DNA of 55,720 nucleotides from a virus (lineage: Duplodnaviria; Caudoviricetes). Shown here piece by piece: positions 26,668 to 35,902 of the stretch (the first letter of the stretch is position 1; every line of letters starts with the position of its first letter). Position numbers and translations under genes: made by a program. Under the pieces are notes generated by a model. The model did no database searches. It saw only the letters and a list, made by a program, of their open reading frames with translations, and had not been told where the DNA came from. The stretch spans positions 1 through 55,720 of IMG/VR virus record IMGVR_UViG_3300037498_000121; one strand, written 5' to 3'.

Positions 26668-28974
26668 TTATGCCGTCTGGCGGATCGTCACCAGATGGAT
26701 CGTATTTTTGACGAAGTTGACCGGGATGATCGGAGCCATCTCCACTTCGACATCGAGCACGTCGACAGCCATCTCGATGCCCAAGCTCTTCCAGGCCACC
26801 AGCACGATGGAGTCGACCAGCAACCCCAGCGTGTTGAGAGCGACTCCCTTGGCCGCGTTGATGGTTCCGGCAAAACCACGTTTCCCCACAGCCATCTCCA
26901 TGTTCGTCCGGAAGGAGAACGCTGCAAAATTCACCGCGGCGTTGACCGAGCCTTCGATGTAGGCCAGGTTGTTCGAGGAGAGGTGGGTGGTCACGTTGCG
27001 GACGAAACGTCGACCCACGCCCTCGACGTTTTCCAGAAAACAGAGCCCGCCCTGAATCATCTCCTCGGCATCGTCGACCGGGTTCCAGCCGATGTCCTGC
27101 CGCAGCGCGAGCACGTTGGCGTACTTGAAGGTCAACGAAGTGCCCGAAGGCGCCCCAGCCTGCATGCCCGCGGCAACCGCCGCCGTGAAGAAGGGCAGGA
27201 ACTCCGCCCGCTCGCCCGCGGTGTTGTAGCGCTCGATGGCCTGGGGGAAGGCGCGGATGTGGCGGGTGTTCAGGTCCACCGCCTGCTCCTTGGCCTCGTC
27301 CTTGGTCGGCACGTTGTCGAGCGCGGTGTTGAGCAGCCCGACGAAGCCATCCCGCTCGCTCCGGCCAATGCCGCACATGTACGCGCAGTGCGCGTCTACC
27401 GCGGCGTGAACCGCCGGATCCCCGGTCAGCACTACGACCGAGTTGATCCGCACCTTCTTCAGCAGGTTCAGCGCTGCCTGCCAGTGCGAGAAGCTCGTGG
27501 TACCTTCGCTACCGCCGGCGAGGAAGGTCGCGGTGGTGGTGTTCGACGGTGACCCGCCCTTGGCCCCCGAAGCCTTCGCTGCGGTGATGTACTGCGAGTT
27601 GGAGTTGATCCAGTCGATGCACGTCCAGAGATTGGCGTAGAAGGAAGGATCGGTCGGGGAAAGACAGCTCTGTGGCCCCTGGGCTCCGGTGGTCACATCC
27701 AGATTCTGGGGGTCGAAAGACGTCTTCGACGTCACCATCGTGAAGACGAACCCAGCACTGGAGGCGTAACGGCTGTTGTAGTAGTCGGCGCATTTCTGGA
27801 GGGTCGACTGCACCGTCACCGAAGTCCGCCCGGCGTTGGCCGAGAACGTGATGGTCTGGGCCGCTTCTACCTCGCCCAGGGCTAAGTACTGCAGCTCGGC
27901 GAAGTCCGCCGTTCCGGCTACCGCGACAGTGCCGGTCAGGGTGATCTTCTCCATCTGCACCGCACCCGCAGGCGAGAGGCCGACGAGCATCAGCCGCTTG
28001 GTGCTCGCTCCGCTGGAGACCGCAGTCACGGGCAAGTTGCCCACGTAGCCAGCGGCGAAGAGCTTCAGACCCTTGACCGGGTTGGCACCGGCAGCGACTG
28101 TCAGCAGCGTTGCCCCGCCCGTGTGCTTGGTCATGGTCACCGTGCCGACGGTGGTCCCGACGATGCGCACGCCGAGCACCCGGCTGAAGGTCTGGGTGCC
28201 CGCAACCAGCGTGGTGCCGTCCAGCACCATCATGGCCGAGACCGCTGCGGCCGACCCGTCGAGCCCGTAGACGATGAGCGAGAGCCCGTCGTCGGAGGCC
28301 GAGCTGGAGACGATGTCGACCGTGTCGTTGCCGGCGAGCTGGCTGGTGATCTGGTCATCCAACCCGACCTGGGCGCGGGTAGCCTTGGCCACGATCGCCC
28401 CGCTCGACTCCACCTCGGCGGTCATCGCGTCCCAGCCGTTGGTCGGCTTGACGTACTTGAGCTTGAAGAACGCGTCTCCGCCCACGTCGTCACCGGCCTC
28501 CACCTGATCCTCGAAGGTGATGGTGATGAGCTTGCCCTGCACCGTGCCGTCGTCGATGGCGACGTTGATCTGGCTGGTGAAGGCGCCGTAGTCGACCGAC
28601 GTGAGCGCGAGCGCGCTCCCGTAGCTGTTGCCCAGCGCAGCGGCTGACTGGGTGGCGGGGTTTACCTTCATCGCCACTACTTCCTGGGCGCCAGCCAGGA
28701 TGTCGGGATCTTTCGAGGGGGCAAACAGCATGTCCGAGACCTCGCGCAGGTTGCCCGAGCGGAACAGCTGCTTGCCCTTCTCCGGCTTGGTCAGCCGCAG
28801 AAAGTCCTTGGGCTCAGTCATGGCCGAGGCAGGCTTGCCGCCCTCAGCCGTGCCGAGCACGGCAACGATTCCAGAAGCGCCCAGGCCCACCGACTCCAGC
28901 CCAGAAGCATCAAGCTGGGAATAGCTGCCCGGAACGCTGATCAGCCTTCCGTTGAAAAAGATGCTGGTCGCCAT
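26668..28974 (-). CDS. Tail sheath protein
   Basis: FFNGRLISVPGSYS, AVLGTAEGGKP, LAGGSEGT, AAVAAGMQAG...SLTFK, PIIPVNFV. Confidence 0.95.
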   Translation of the reverse strand: MATSIFFNGRLISVPGSYSQLDASGLESVGLGASGIVAVLGTAEGGKPASAMTEPKDFLRLTKPEKGKQLFRSGNLREVSDMLFAPSKDPDILAGAQEVVAMKVNPATQSAAALGNSYGSALALTSVDYGAFTSQINVAIDDGTVQGKLITITFEDQVEAGDDVGGDAFFKLKYVKPTNGWDAMTAEVESSGAIVAKATRAQVGLDDQITSQLAGNDTVDIVSSSASDDGLSLIVYGLDGSAAAVSAMMVLDGTTLVAGTQTFSRVLGVRIVGTTVGTVTMTKHTGGATLLTVAAGANPVKGLKLFAAGYVGNLPVTAVSSGASTKRLMLVGLSPAGAVQMEKITLTGTVAVAGTADFAELQYLALGEVEAAQTITFSANAGRTSVTVQSTLQKCADYYNSRYASSAGFVFTMVTSKTSFDPQNLDVTTGAQGPQSCLSPTDPSFYANLWTCIDWINSNSQYITAAKASGAKGGSPSNTTTATFLAGGSEGTTSFSHWQAALNLLKKVRINSVVVLTGDPAVHAAVDAHCAYMCGIGRSERDGFVGLLNTALDNVPTKDEAKEQAVDLNTRHIRAFPQAIERYNTAGERAEFLPFFTAAVAAGMQAGAPSGTSLTFKYANVLALRQDIGWNPVDDAEEMIQGGLCFLENVEGVGRRFVRNVTTHLSSNNLAYIEGSVNAAVNFAAFSFRTNMEMAVGKRGFAGTINAAKGVALNTLGLLVDSIVLVAWKSLGIEMAVDVLDVEVEMAPIIPVNFVKNTIHLVTIRQTA

Positions 28975-28986
28975 GATCTGCGCTCC

Positions 28987-29253
28987 TTAATTGGTGGGGG
29001 TGTTCATAAATTTCTGGAACGCTTCGCGCCACCCCAGGACGGTCAGCGGGCCGAACTTCCCGCGCTTGACGTAGTTGCGGAACCCCGCCAACTGGTCGAA
29101 GCGCTTGCCCGACAACCGGGCCCATACCTCGAAGCTCACGGTGGAGCGGGGCATGGGCTTGGCGGCCTCGGGAGGGGGAAAAGCAGCGGCAGGCTCCTCG
29201 ACCGAGTCGACGGGAGCTTCAGACTCTAGGATTTCAGATTTGATCTCCGGCAT
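28987..29253 (-). CDS. Small pre-sheath protein, 88 aa
   Basis: ATG 29253 follows GGAGAGG; QLAGFRNYVK...WREAFQKFMN. Same position as the small gene before the sheath in SPO1/Twort-like phages. Confidence 0.7.
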   Translation of the reverse strand: MPEIKSEILESEAPVDSVEEPAAAFPPPEAAKPMPRSTVSFEVWARLSGKRFDQLAGFRNYVKRGKFGPLTVLGWREAFQKFMNTPTN

Positions 29254-29926
29254 CGGTTTCCTCTCCGTCGGCAAAATAAATAGATACGTTGGTCTTGACC
29301 CCCCCAACATCACTCGGGCTTCCAGAATTGTCAACGGCAATGCCTCCGATCCGGAAGGCCTTGGAGAGGCGAGAATCTCGATTTATCTGTTGCAGCTCGC
29401 GCTCACAGGTGAAGATGATCTGGCGCATGAACAGGTGCTCCGGCATGTAGGTCGGGTCTAACAGCAGCTCCTGGCCCTGCATTTTGATGCTGGCGAGCCC
29501 CTTTTCAATCAGCACCTCCAGCCCGGCAAGCAAGATGGTCTTGGCCATCTCGTAGTAGTAGGCGGTCACGTCCGGGTGCTCGGAGATGACCGTCAGCAAA
29601 TAAGTGTGCTCCCAGATGGCCGAGTTGATGTCGCAATGGTCTAAAAGGCCTCCCTCGTCATCGACCATCCCCGCATCATCCCCGAGCATGGTCTGGCTTT
29701 CGCCCTCGTTACCCAGGGTGATGGCGATGGCTGGGTACTTGTTGTCCTGGCGGGAGTAGCCATTGACCAGCATGACCGGGTGAGCGGCGTAGTAGAGTTT
29801 GATCGTGTCCACCTCGGCCTTGGCCAACCCGTAGTTTTCCAGAAAAATGTCGTCGAGCAGCAGCGGGTCTGCCGTTATCGCGTCGAACCCGTCTTTCAGT
29901 AGGTCAATTAGGTATCGCTGAATCAT
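29234..29926 (-). CDS. Tail completion / terminator protein
   Basis: 230 aa; YPAIAITLGNEGESQTMLGD, YMPEHLFMRQI; last of the neck genes. Confidence 0.7.
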   Translation of the reverse strand: MIQRYLIDLLKDGFDAITADPLLLDDIFLENYGLAKAEVDTIKLYYAAHPVMLVNGYSRQDNKYPAIAITLGNEGESQTMLGDDAGMVDDEGGLLDHCDINSAIWEHTYLLTVISEHPDVTAYYYEMAKTILLAGLEVLIEKGLASIKMQGQELLLDPTYMPEHLFMRQIIFTCERELQQINRDSRLSKAFRIGGIAVDNSGSPSDVGGVKTNVSIYFADGEETDAGDQI

Positions 29927-30762
29927 TGGGCACCGTGCTCCTGATAGTACGCCTGAAAAGCTGCTGGCGCGATTTTCTGGACGTAAGCCACAACCTTTTG
30001 CGCCAGATGTCGCGCGGGAAAGGGTTTACGAATCCAGCTGTCCTTGTTGTGCGGCCTGGTGGAGATAGTCCGGAAGGTCGTGTAGAAGTTCTGAGTGGCT
30101 TTCTCATAGGTTTTCTGCATCCGGTTCATGCCTGAGTAGATGTCGCTCTTGTGGTGCGGCTTCAAGAGCGGGATGCCAAAGCCACTGGTATCGAGTTTTG
30201 CTCCCCAGTTCGTCTGCCCGTACGGCTGGCCGACGGTGGCGCTGAGTTTCTTTGCCGCGGCGTAGACCTGTTTCCCCAACTTCTTGGAGTTCTCGACCGC
30301 GTTGTGCCCTTCATAGGGTGAACCCATCGGCTGGCCGATCTGCTTGGTTGATCCGGGGGTCGAATGGCGCAGCGGGATGGCGCGGTAGTAGTAAGGCCCG
30401 CCTTTTTCTTGTTTGCCCTTCGGCTTACTTTGGTGCTTGCCGCGCTCACCCAAAGGCACCACGGGTACCTCGGGGCCGAGCAGGAAATCTCGCATATCGG
30501 TTTTCGGCGTGCCGTCTTCGAGCATGTGCGGTACCGCGCCCACCAGCGCCACCACCGCTACCCCGCTCATCATCTGCACCGGTTGGATGCCGCGGACGTA
30601 ATCGTTGCGGAAGCTCGATTCGAGTTGGGATCCAAGTCGCACCCACTCATTGCGGGCTCCAGCGGCGATTTCCCCGAGCACCACGTTGACCGCCCCCTTA
30701 TTCAGCCCGGCGACCAGCTCAGGCGGAATCAGCGCCTTGATCATTTCGACTTTGACGCTCAT
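29923..30762 (-). CDS. Neck protein (Ne1-like), 279 aa
   Basis: True start MSVKVEM at the ATGA overlap (30762); VPHMLEDG...DMR, YRAIPLRH, YTTFRTIS...SWI. Confidence 0.7.
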   Translation of the reverse strand: MSVKVEMIKALIPPELVAGLNKGAVNVVLGEIAAGARNEWVRLGSQLESSFRNDYVRGIQPVQMMSGVAVVALVGAVPHMLEDGTPKTDMRDFLLGPEVPVVPLGERGKHQSKPKGKQEKGGPYYYRAIPLRHSTPGSTKQIGQPMGSPYEGHNAVENSKKLGKQVYAAAKKLSATVGQPYGQTNWGAKLDTSGFGIPLLKPHHKSDIYSGMNRMQKTYEKATQNFYTTFRTISTRPHNKDSWIRKPFPARHLAQKVVAYVQKIAPAAFQAYYQEHGAQ

Positions 30763-31580
30763 CCTGCCTCCGGGATGAAATCGTAGCGCACCATCGCCTG
30801 GATGGGTAGCCCTCGCGCGTCCCCCCGCGGTGTCTTGGGGTGTTGGTTCTTCATCTTCACCGTGGTCTGCCGGACGATGTGCGGGTGCTCCACCACCAGC
30901 ACGACCGGGTGGCAAAGGTAGTGGAGCGATAGTTTGGTGCCGCTTACCGGGATGGCGCTGGGGTGGAACTTCACATCCCCGCGTTCGATCACGAAGTCCG
31001 TGTCCGGCGTGTAGACCCGGGAGAAAGACCGCAGGTAGTTCACCCCGGTCATCAAGTAGCGCCCATGCACAGTGTCGGTCCCGTCGGCGATGATCGTCTC
31101 TCCGTAGATGATCTCGCTCTCCATCACGGTGAGCCTGTCGTAGTAGCCGATCTTGTTCTCGTGCCGCACGGTCAGCATCATCGACCCGGCCATCCAGTTG
31201 CCCAACTTGTCCCAAGGGCTGTACTCGTTCTGGAGCGCAGTGATTACCCCGCGGATGGTCATCGCGTTGTTGGTCTCGATGATCCTCCGCTGCACCTCGT
31301 CCATCGCGCCGATTGCGTCGTAGTTTGGGGGAGCATTCCCCCCAAAATAGTGCCAGCCCGAGCCCTTGCACAGCGGGCAATTCGGATCCGGCTGCTCGGT
31401 CTGAATTACCACCGGCTGACAAGGACAGATGACCGCCCGTTCCCAGGCCAGCAGGTACCCCTTGGTCTCGACCAAGAGGGCGAAGGAGTCAGTCAGGAAG
31501 TCTGCGCGACTGGCAGTTTCCTTCTTGCCGGCTGGGATTCCAGAAACTGGAAAGGTCGGGCGAGTGGGCGAGAGGGTCAT
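30759..31580 (-). CDS. Head-closure / head-tail joining protein with CPC...CxxC motif
   Basis: WERAVICPC...PNCPLCKGSGW, KIGYYDRLTV; SPO1/Twort-like neck gene pattern. Confidence 0.75.
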   Translation of the reverse strand: MTLSPTRPTFPVSGIPAGKKETASRADFLTDSFALLVETKGYLLAWERAVICPCQPVVIQTEQPDPNCPLCKGSGWHYFGGNAPPNYDAIGAMDEVQRRIIETNNAMTIRGVITALQNEYSPWDKLGNWMAGSMMLTVRHENKIGYYDRLTVMESEIIYGETIIADGTDTVHGRYLMTGVNYLRSFSRVYTPDTDFVIERGDVKFHPSAIPVSGTKLSLHYLCHPVVLVVEHPHIVRQTTVKMKNQHPKTPRGDARGLPIQAMVRYDFIPEAG

Positions 31581-32605
31581 GCCACCACCATGCGCAACCC
31601 TTTGTAGTATTTCTCAAGGGTTGGGATTACTTGCTTGATTTCCTTCTCATATTGGGCGAGCCGGGCGCCATAACCCGCGTACATCGCCGAAGAAGTCGTT
31701 GTGTATCCTTGACTTAGCCCGTCGATGCTCAGGTTCTGGGAAGCGATGCCGGCTCCCCCGAGCAAGTCGCCGAGGGGATTCAGGGGGCCGAAGGCCGCCA
31801 ACTTGCCGATGGCGTCGCGCAGCACCATGGGCAAGTCCTCAGTCGCAAACCCGGCGGTGTAGTCGAGCTGGAAAATCCCGGGAATGAAGCGCCGGGCGCC
31901 GTAGGGGTAAGGCAGCCACGCTCCCGTCGTCCCCATCACCACCACGCCAGACCCCGCGACGCCCGGCACTACATGAATGTGACCGGCTTCGCGCTCGATC
32001 TGGAGGGACTCTCGCCCGAAAGTCTGGACGGTGCTGCCCCCCGTTCCAGGGATGACGATGCGCAATTCGGTCACGTCGATGATCGGGTACTCTTTGGCCT
32101 TGAGGAACACGTACTCCCGGCAGTCTTCTTGGTAGTAATCATGTAGCTCGGAGGTGATCGGCTTGGGGCGCAGCGAGAGTTGCAAGCGGTGTTCAAACCA
32201 GGAGACCGCCGACTTGATAAACCACTCGTAAAGCGAATCGGGCATCCCGTTGCCGCTGTCATCGGTCAGATCGAGCCCGTAGAGGTAGTTGGTTTTCAGC
32301 TCCTGCACCGAGACGATGGAGAGGGCGAAATCCCCCTCCCCTTGTTGGGCCGCAGAAAGGGAAGATTCCAGCAGGGACACCGAATGAAAGTAGCTCGACT
32401 TGTAGTAATAGTGCGGTTCCCCAGTCGAATCGGTGAACGCGTAGACCGATTTGCCGGTCTCCAGTGCTAGGCGAGTTCCCGTCCCAGTGACTTCTGTGTA
32501 GACCCCCTCCAGCCCGGTGATGGATCGATAGACCTTGATCTGGTTGAAGCTGCGCTGCACCGTCTCCAGATTCGAGACAATCACGTTGATGGTGATGACC
32601 GCCAT
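31577..32605 (-). CDS. Head-tail adaptor protein with extra N-terminal domain
   Basis: VQELKTNYLYGLDL, FQLDYTAGF...LRDAIGKLAA, AGIASQNLSIDGLSQ...TTSSAMYAGYGAR. Confidence 0.8.
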   Translation of the reverse strand: MAVITINVIVSNLETVQRSFNQIKVYRSITGLEGVYTEVTGTGTRLALETGKSVYAFTDSTGEPHYYYKSSYFHSVSLLESSLSAAQQGEGDFALSIVSVQELKTNYLYGLDLTDDSGNGMPDSLYEWFIKSAVSWFEHRLQLSLRPKPITSELHDYYQEDCREYVFLKAKEYPIIDVTELRIVIPGTGGSTVQTFGRESLQIEREAGHIHVVPGVAGSGVVVMGTTGAWLPYPYGARRFIPGIFQLDYTAGFATEDLPMVLRDAIGKLAAFGPLNPLGDLLGGAGIASQNLSIDGLSQGYTTTSSAMYAGYGARLAQYEKEIKQVIPTLEKYYKGLRMVVA

Positions 32606-32624
32606 CTAATCCTCCTCTCTCGAA

Positions 32625-33047
32625 TCAAAACAGGCTAGGTCGATCCGATGAACTCGCTGTAGCCGGCGGGGTATTCCCTGGAGCAGCCAGCTTCGCGGAG
32701 AGCTTCTCGCTGATCATTCCCGGAGTATCCTCGCCACTGATAGTGCCTGGCTGAATGATAGTGATTTTTGGGGCATCGGGGCAACCCCCATCGGCGCCGC
32801 CCCCGGTACGGGTGCCTGACTCGTACTCGATTTCCAGAGAATCCCCGGGGAGCGGGGCCTCCTTGAGCACCACCTTGGTCGGGCTTTGAATCGTGAAACC
32901 GTCATCCCAATCGCGGACCTTCAGCCGCCCATTCCAGAAAACCTGCACCGTTTCTGGAACGAAAGGAAAGCTGGTGTAGAACTCGATGTTGGTCCCGTCG
33001 ATGGCCCCAACGAGCGTATCCCCAGCGGTCTCTTTGATCGTGATCAT
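32625..33047 (-). CDS. Small virion structural protein (DGxN...NG...APLxGD domain)
   Basis: IDGTNIEF, VQVFWNG, EAPLPGDSLEIEY; paralogue of 33044-33289. Confidence 0.7.
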   Translation of the reverse strand: MITIKETAGDTLVGAIDGTNIEFYTSFPFVPETVQVFWNGRLKVRDWDDGFTIQSPTKVVLKEAPLPGDSLEIEYESGTRTGGGADGGCPDAPKITIIQPGTISGEDTPGMISEKLSAKLAAPGNTPPATASSSDRPSLF

Positions 33048-33289
33048 GAGCCCCTATCGTACTTCGCGCTCAAGCTGTCCCCGGTGAGCGGGGCCTCGCG
33101 GAGGCGCACTTGCCGGGCACCGAGTTCCTCGTAGCCGGTATCCCAACCTGGAACCAGTCGTATCCCGTTTTTCCAGACAGTTACCGTTCCAGAAACATAG
33201 TTAAAGGTTGTCCAGAAAACTCGATTAACCCCGTCTGGGTCGGGAATGAGTGGGGCGTAGATGGTCCGTCGGGTAACTACAAGGGCCAT
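33044..33289 (-). CDS. Small virion structural protein, paralogue of 32625-33047
   Basis: PDGVNRVF, VTVWKNG, EAPLTGDSLSAKY. Confidence 0.7.
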   Translation of the reverse strand: MALVVTRRTIYAPLIPDPDGVNRVFWTTFNYVSGTVTVWKNGIRLVPGWDTGYEELGARQVRLREAPLTGDSLSAKYDRGS

Positions 33290-33513
33290 CGCTCACCGTC
33301 CACGGTGGTCTTGGAGTACCAGTCCAAATCCAGGTCGCAACCATTGCGCAACCGCTGCAAGTCCCCGAGGAGGTCTTCGAGTAGCCCGCGCAAATCGTCC
33401 ATATGGCGAAAGGTCTCGGCGTGGAAGCGCAGCGGGCTGTAGCGCTTCTCAAGCTCGTCAATGGCAGTCTCGCACGCGGAATCAAACCCCTCGGCGGACC
33501 TCTTCGCTTCCAT
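33277..33513 (-). CDS. Hypothetical helical protein, about 78 aa
   Basis: Fills the gap and overlaps both neighbours; start uncertain (33513 or 33528). Confidence 0.45.
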   Translation of the reverse strand: MEAKRSAEGFDSACETAIDELEKRYSPLRFHAETFRHMDDLRGLLEDLLGDLQRLRNGCDLDLDWYSKTTVDGERWPL

Positions 33514-33955
33514 ACAGCTCTCGCACATAGTCGCGAAGCTCCTGGCGCAGATCCAGCTTGCTGCGCGTGTGCAGATCCTCCAGCCGCTGAAGCAGCGCAG
33601 GACGCAACTGACGCATCTCTTCGCGGATGTGATCCACTACGTTGAAAAGTGCATCGACCTTTCTTCCGCGAGTCGACTCCATAGCGGTGTCTTCACGGAC
33701 AAACTGCTCCCAACGATCGCGCAACTTCTCCATGGTCTCATCCAGCCGTATAATCGCGCGTAGCTCGCGCTCTTCGCACTCCTTGCGCTGGACGATGAGC
33801 CCAGCAATGATGTTGCCTAGCTCCACGTATTTCTGCTCTGTCTTTTCTCGATGGGTCTGGAGGAGCGAGCGCATTAAGAACCCGACGATAGACGAGACCA
33901 GGGTAACCGCGCCGCCGACGATGGCCAGCACCACTTCAAGGCTGATCGACTGCAT
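33482..33955 (-). CDS. Single-TM coiled-coil membrane protein (XhlA/holin-like architecture)
   Basis: N-terminal VVLAIVGGAVTLVSSIVGFLM followed by a long charged coiled coil. Confidence 0.7.
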   Translation of the reverse strand: MQSISLEVVLAIVGGAVTLVSSIVGFLMRSLLQTHREKTEQKYVELGNIIAGLIVQRKECEERELRAIIRLDETMEKLRDRWEQFVREDTAMESTRGRKVDALFNVVDHIREEMRQLRPALLQRLEDLHTRSKLDLRQELRDYVRELYGSEEVRRGV

Positions 33956-34337
33956 CTGCTTTACCTTTCTCCCCTAGTAAGATCCAGATACGTGCGAGCA
34001 ACCTTGCCAGCGGCTTCACCGGTTTATCCAACCAATCATTCACCCCATGGCGCATATAGTCCAATTGCAAATCTACCCCATCAATCTCGCTCAGCACGAT
34101 GATCGGCAAGTCTACCTGGCTCCTCTTCAGCTCCTTTCGGATGTAATCGACAAGCTGCCAATTGTTATCCCGGGCCAAGGACAGTTCGACCACCAACATG
34201 TCCACCTCGAAGGTGACCAGATGCTCCAGGGCTCCTTCTGCCGTAGCCGCTTCCAGAATCTGGAAATTGTACCGGACCAAGTAGTCGCGGTACTGGGCTT
34301 TGGTTTCTTCATCGCGCTCGACGAGCAGCACCAACAT
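33936..34337 (-). CDS. Stand-alone atypical response-regulator receiver (REC) domain
   Basis: VLLVERDE (beta1), EAATAEGAL, VDMLVVELSL (Glu at the phospho-Asp position), LPIIVLS, GVNDWLDKP. Confidence 0.85.
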   Translation of the reverse strand: MLVLLVERDEETKAQYRDYLVRYNFQILEAATAEGALEHLVTFEVDMLVVELSLARDNNWQLVDYIRKELKRSQVDLPIIVLSEIDGVDLQLDYMRHGVNDWLDKPVKPLARLLARIWILLGEKGKADAVDQP

Positions 34338-34346
34338 GCGCGCCTC

Positions 34347-34847
34347 TCAAAACAATTTTTCAAAATCCACGGAGTGGCTTTCCAGAAAACGAGAGATCTC
34401 CGCTGGGCTGGTCCACTGCGGAGCCTCAAAGGTCCCGGGAAACTGCTTGTTGAGAATCGTCGACACCAACTCGGAGCACATCTGGCCCTTGATCGTCCAA
34501 TGCGGGCGAAAGAGTTTGAGCTTGAAATAATCCCAGATGGCGAACAGCCAGCCAAACAGCAAGATGGCCAGAAAGTCGTATCTCTGGCCGATCAAAGTCT
34601 CGCTGGACTGGATATGGGGAACAAGATCGCATCCAGGATTCGCCTGATAAGCGTGGGTCCACTTGCGCTCTCGTGCGGGAAAGGGCTGGGCGCCGCGATT
34701 GACAGTTGCTTCCAGAACCCAGGGGGTCTCCCAGTCGTCGGAGTCGTAGAGGATGGCCACGTGGTTCGAGTCATACTTGGTCACCGCCCGGATGGCAGCG
34801 GCCACGAAGCCTTTGTCTCGCTCAAATACGATGCTAATGTTTTTCAC
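34347..34847 (-). CDS. Permuted papain-like NlpC/P60 (YiiX/YebB-type) hydrolase
   Basis: GTG start in a GTGA overlap; His (SNHVAI) precedes Cys (MCSELV); also VLEAT, GQRYDF, TSPAEI. Confidence 0.85.
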   Translation of the reverse strand: MKNISIVFERDKGFVAAAIRAVTKYDSNHVAILYDSDDWETPWVLEATVNRGAQPFPARERKWTHAYQANPGCDLVPHIQSSETLIGQRYDFLAILLFGWLFAIWDYFKLKLFRPHWTIKGQMCSELVSTILNKQFPGTFEAPQWTSPAEISRFLESHSVDFEKLF

Positions 34848-35902
34848 ACCTCTTCCTTTCGTCCGAAAAAGGTAGCAAGCCCGCAGTCGCCAACGTGCGG
34901 AGTGTCGTTCTCCAACCAGCAGCGGATCTCCATGGCGTAGGCCGACTCCAGATCGATCACCGCGCTCCATTGGTAAGAAAACCGCATGCTGAGACGAGGA
35001 GAGATAATCATCCTCCAGGAGTCGGTTCCGGCATCTCCGGTGGGAGCCGGAAACTCGGGGTCAATGGAGGCCGCATCTTGCAGGTAATCGTCCAGGGTCT
35101 GGTAGACCTCTTCTCCGGATAGCGCCTGCATCCCTTGCCCAATGTTTCCCCAGAGCTGGAAAAAGATGGTGTCCTTGAGGGCAATGTCCTTGGACATGGT
35201 GACTTTGACTTCGCCAACCCGCCAGCGATACCCTTCAGGGGTCACAGCTTTGAACAGGCTACTGCCCACGGCAGAATAGTCGGCTGTGACCACAGCTTGG
35301 GCCGACTGAGCGGAGTTGAAGGTCACCGCCCCAGTCGCGTAGTTGATCGAGTAGTCCCCGTCGGTCAGGTTGGGAGAATTCTCGGTCTTGGCGACGGTAT
35401 CCACTTTGATGATCGGAGCGTAGGTCGCGACCAGCTCCCACTCCCCAAAGAGCTTGCCGTGCATCACGTCCACCCAGTAGCGCGACACCGCTGGGGTGTA
35501 TAGCGTATGGTTTCCGGAATCGGTCAGGGTCTCGCCCGTAACCCGGGTCGAATCTTGGTACCAAGTCTCTTTCTTGCAGAAGTCATGAGAGTAGCGATTC
35601 AAGCGACGACCCTCGGGAAGTTGAGACTCAGTCGAGATGAGGGCGTTGGAGACCTCCACCGGTGTCGGGTCAGGAGCCAGGGCAGCCCCCGTATGCACGG
35701 CCACCAACCCAAGCAGGATCGTCTCGTCGCCTCCAGACAAGGCTGCCTTGAACCAAACGTCGCAATCGTCCCCGGCCGTATCGATACGGTCCAACGCCGT
35801 GACGATGGCGCTGGCTGCGATCTCTTGCAAGAGCCGGTCAGTGGCCACCAGGTGATTTGGGAAATCATCTTGAATCGAGTATGTGTATTTTTGATTTGCC
35901 AT
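34844..35902 (-). CDS. Putative virion structural protein, 352 aa
   Basis: Coupled ORF containing DYSINYATGAVTFNSA...VTADYS, a small domain common in virion proteins. Confidence 0.7.
   Translation of the reverse strand: MANQKYTYSIQDDFPNHLVATDRLLQEIAASAIVTALDRIDTAGDDCDVWFKAALSGGDETILLGLVAVHTGAALAPDPTPVEVSNALISTESQLPEGRRLNRYSHDFCKKETWYQDSTRVTGETLTDSGNHTLYTPAVSRYWVDVMHGKLFGEWELVATYAPIIKVDTVAKTENSPNLTDGDYSINYATGAVTFNSAQSAQAVVTADYSAVGSSLFKAVTPEGYRWRVGEVKVTMSKDIALKDTIFFQLWGNIGQGMQALSGEEVYQTLDDYLQDAASIDPEFPAPTGDAGTDSWRMIISPRLSMRFSYQWSAVIDLESAYAMEIRCWLENDTPHVGDCGLATFFGRKEEV

Noticed and set aside
16705-28974. Bacterial contractile injection system (eCIS, tailocin or T6SS)
   Set aside because: Head-tail adaptor and closure genes and replicative helicases indicate a true phage.
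30763-31422. N-terminal 220 aa of the track's 499-aa ORF
   Set aside because: Out-of-frame overlap with the head-closure gene; the real start is the ATGA-coupled ATG at 30762.
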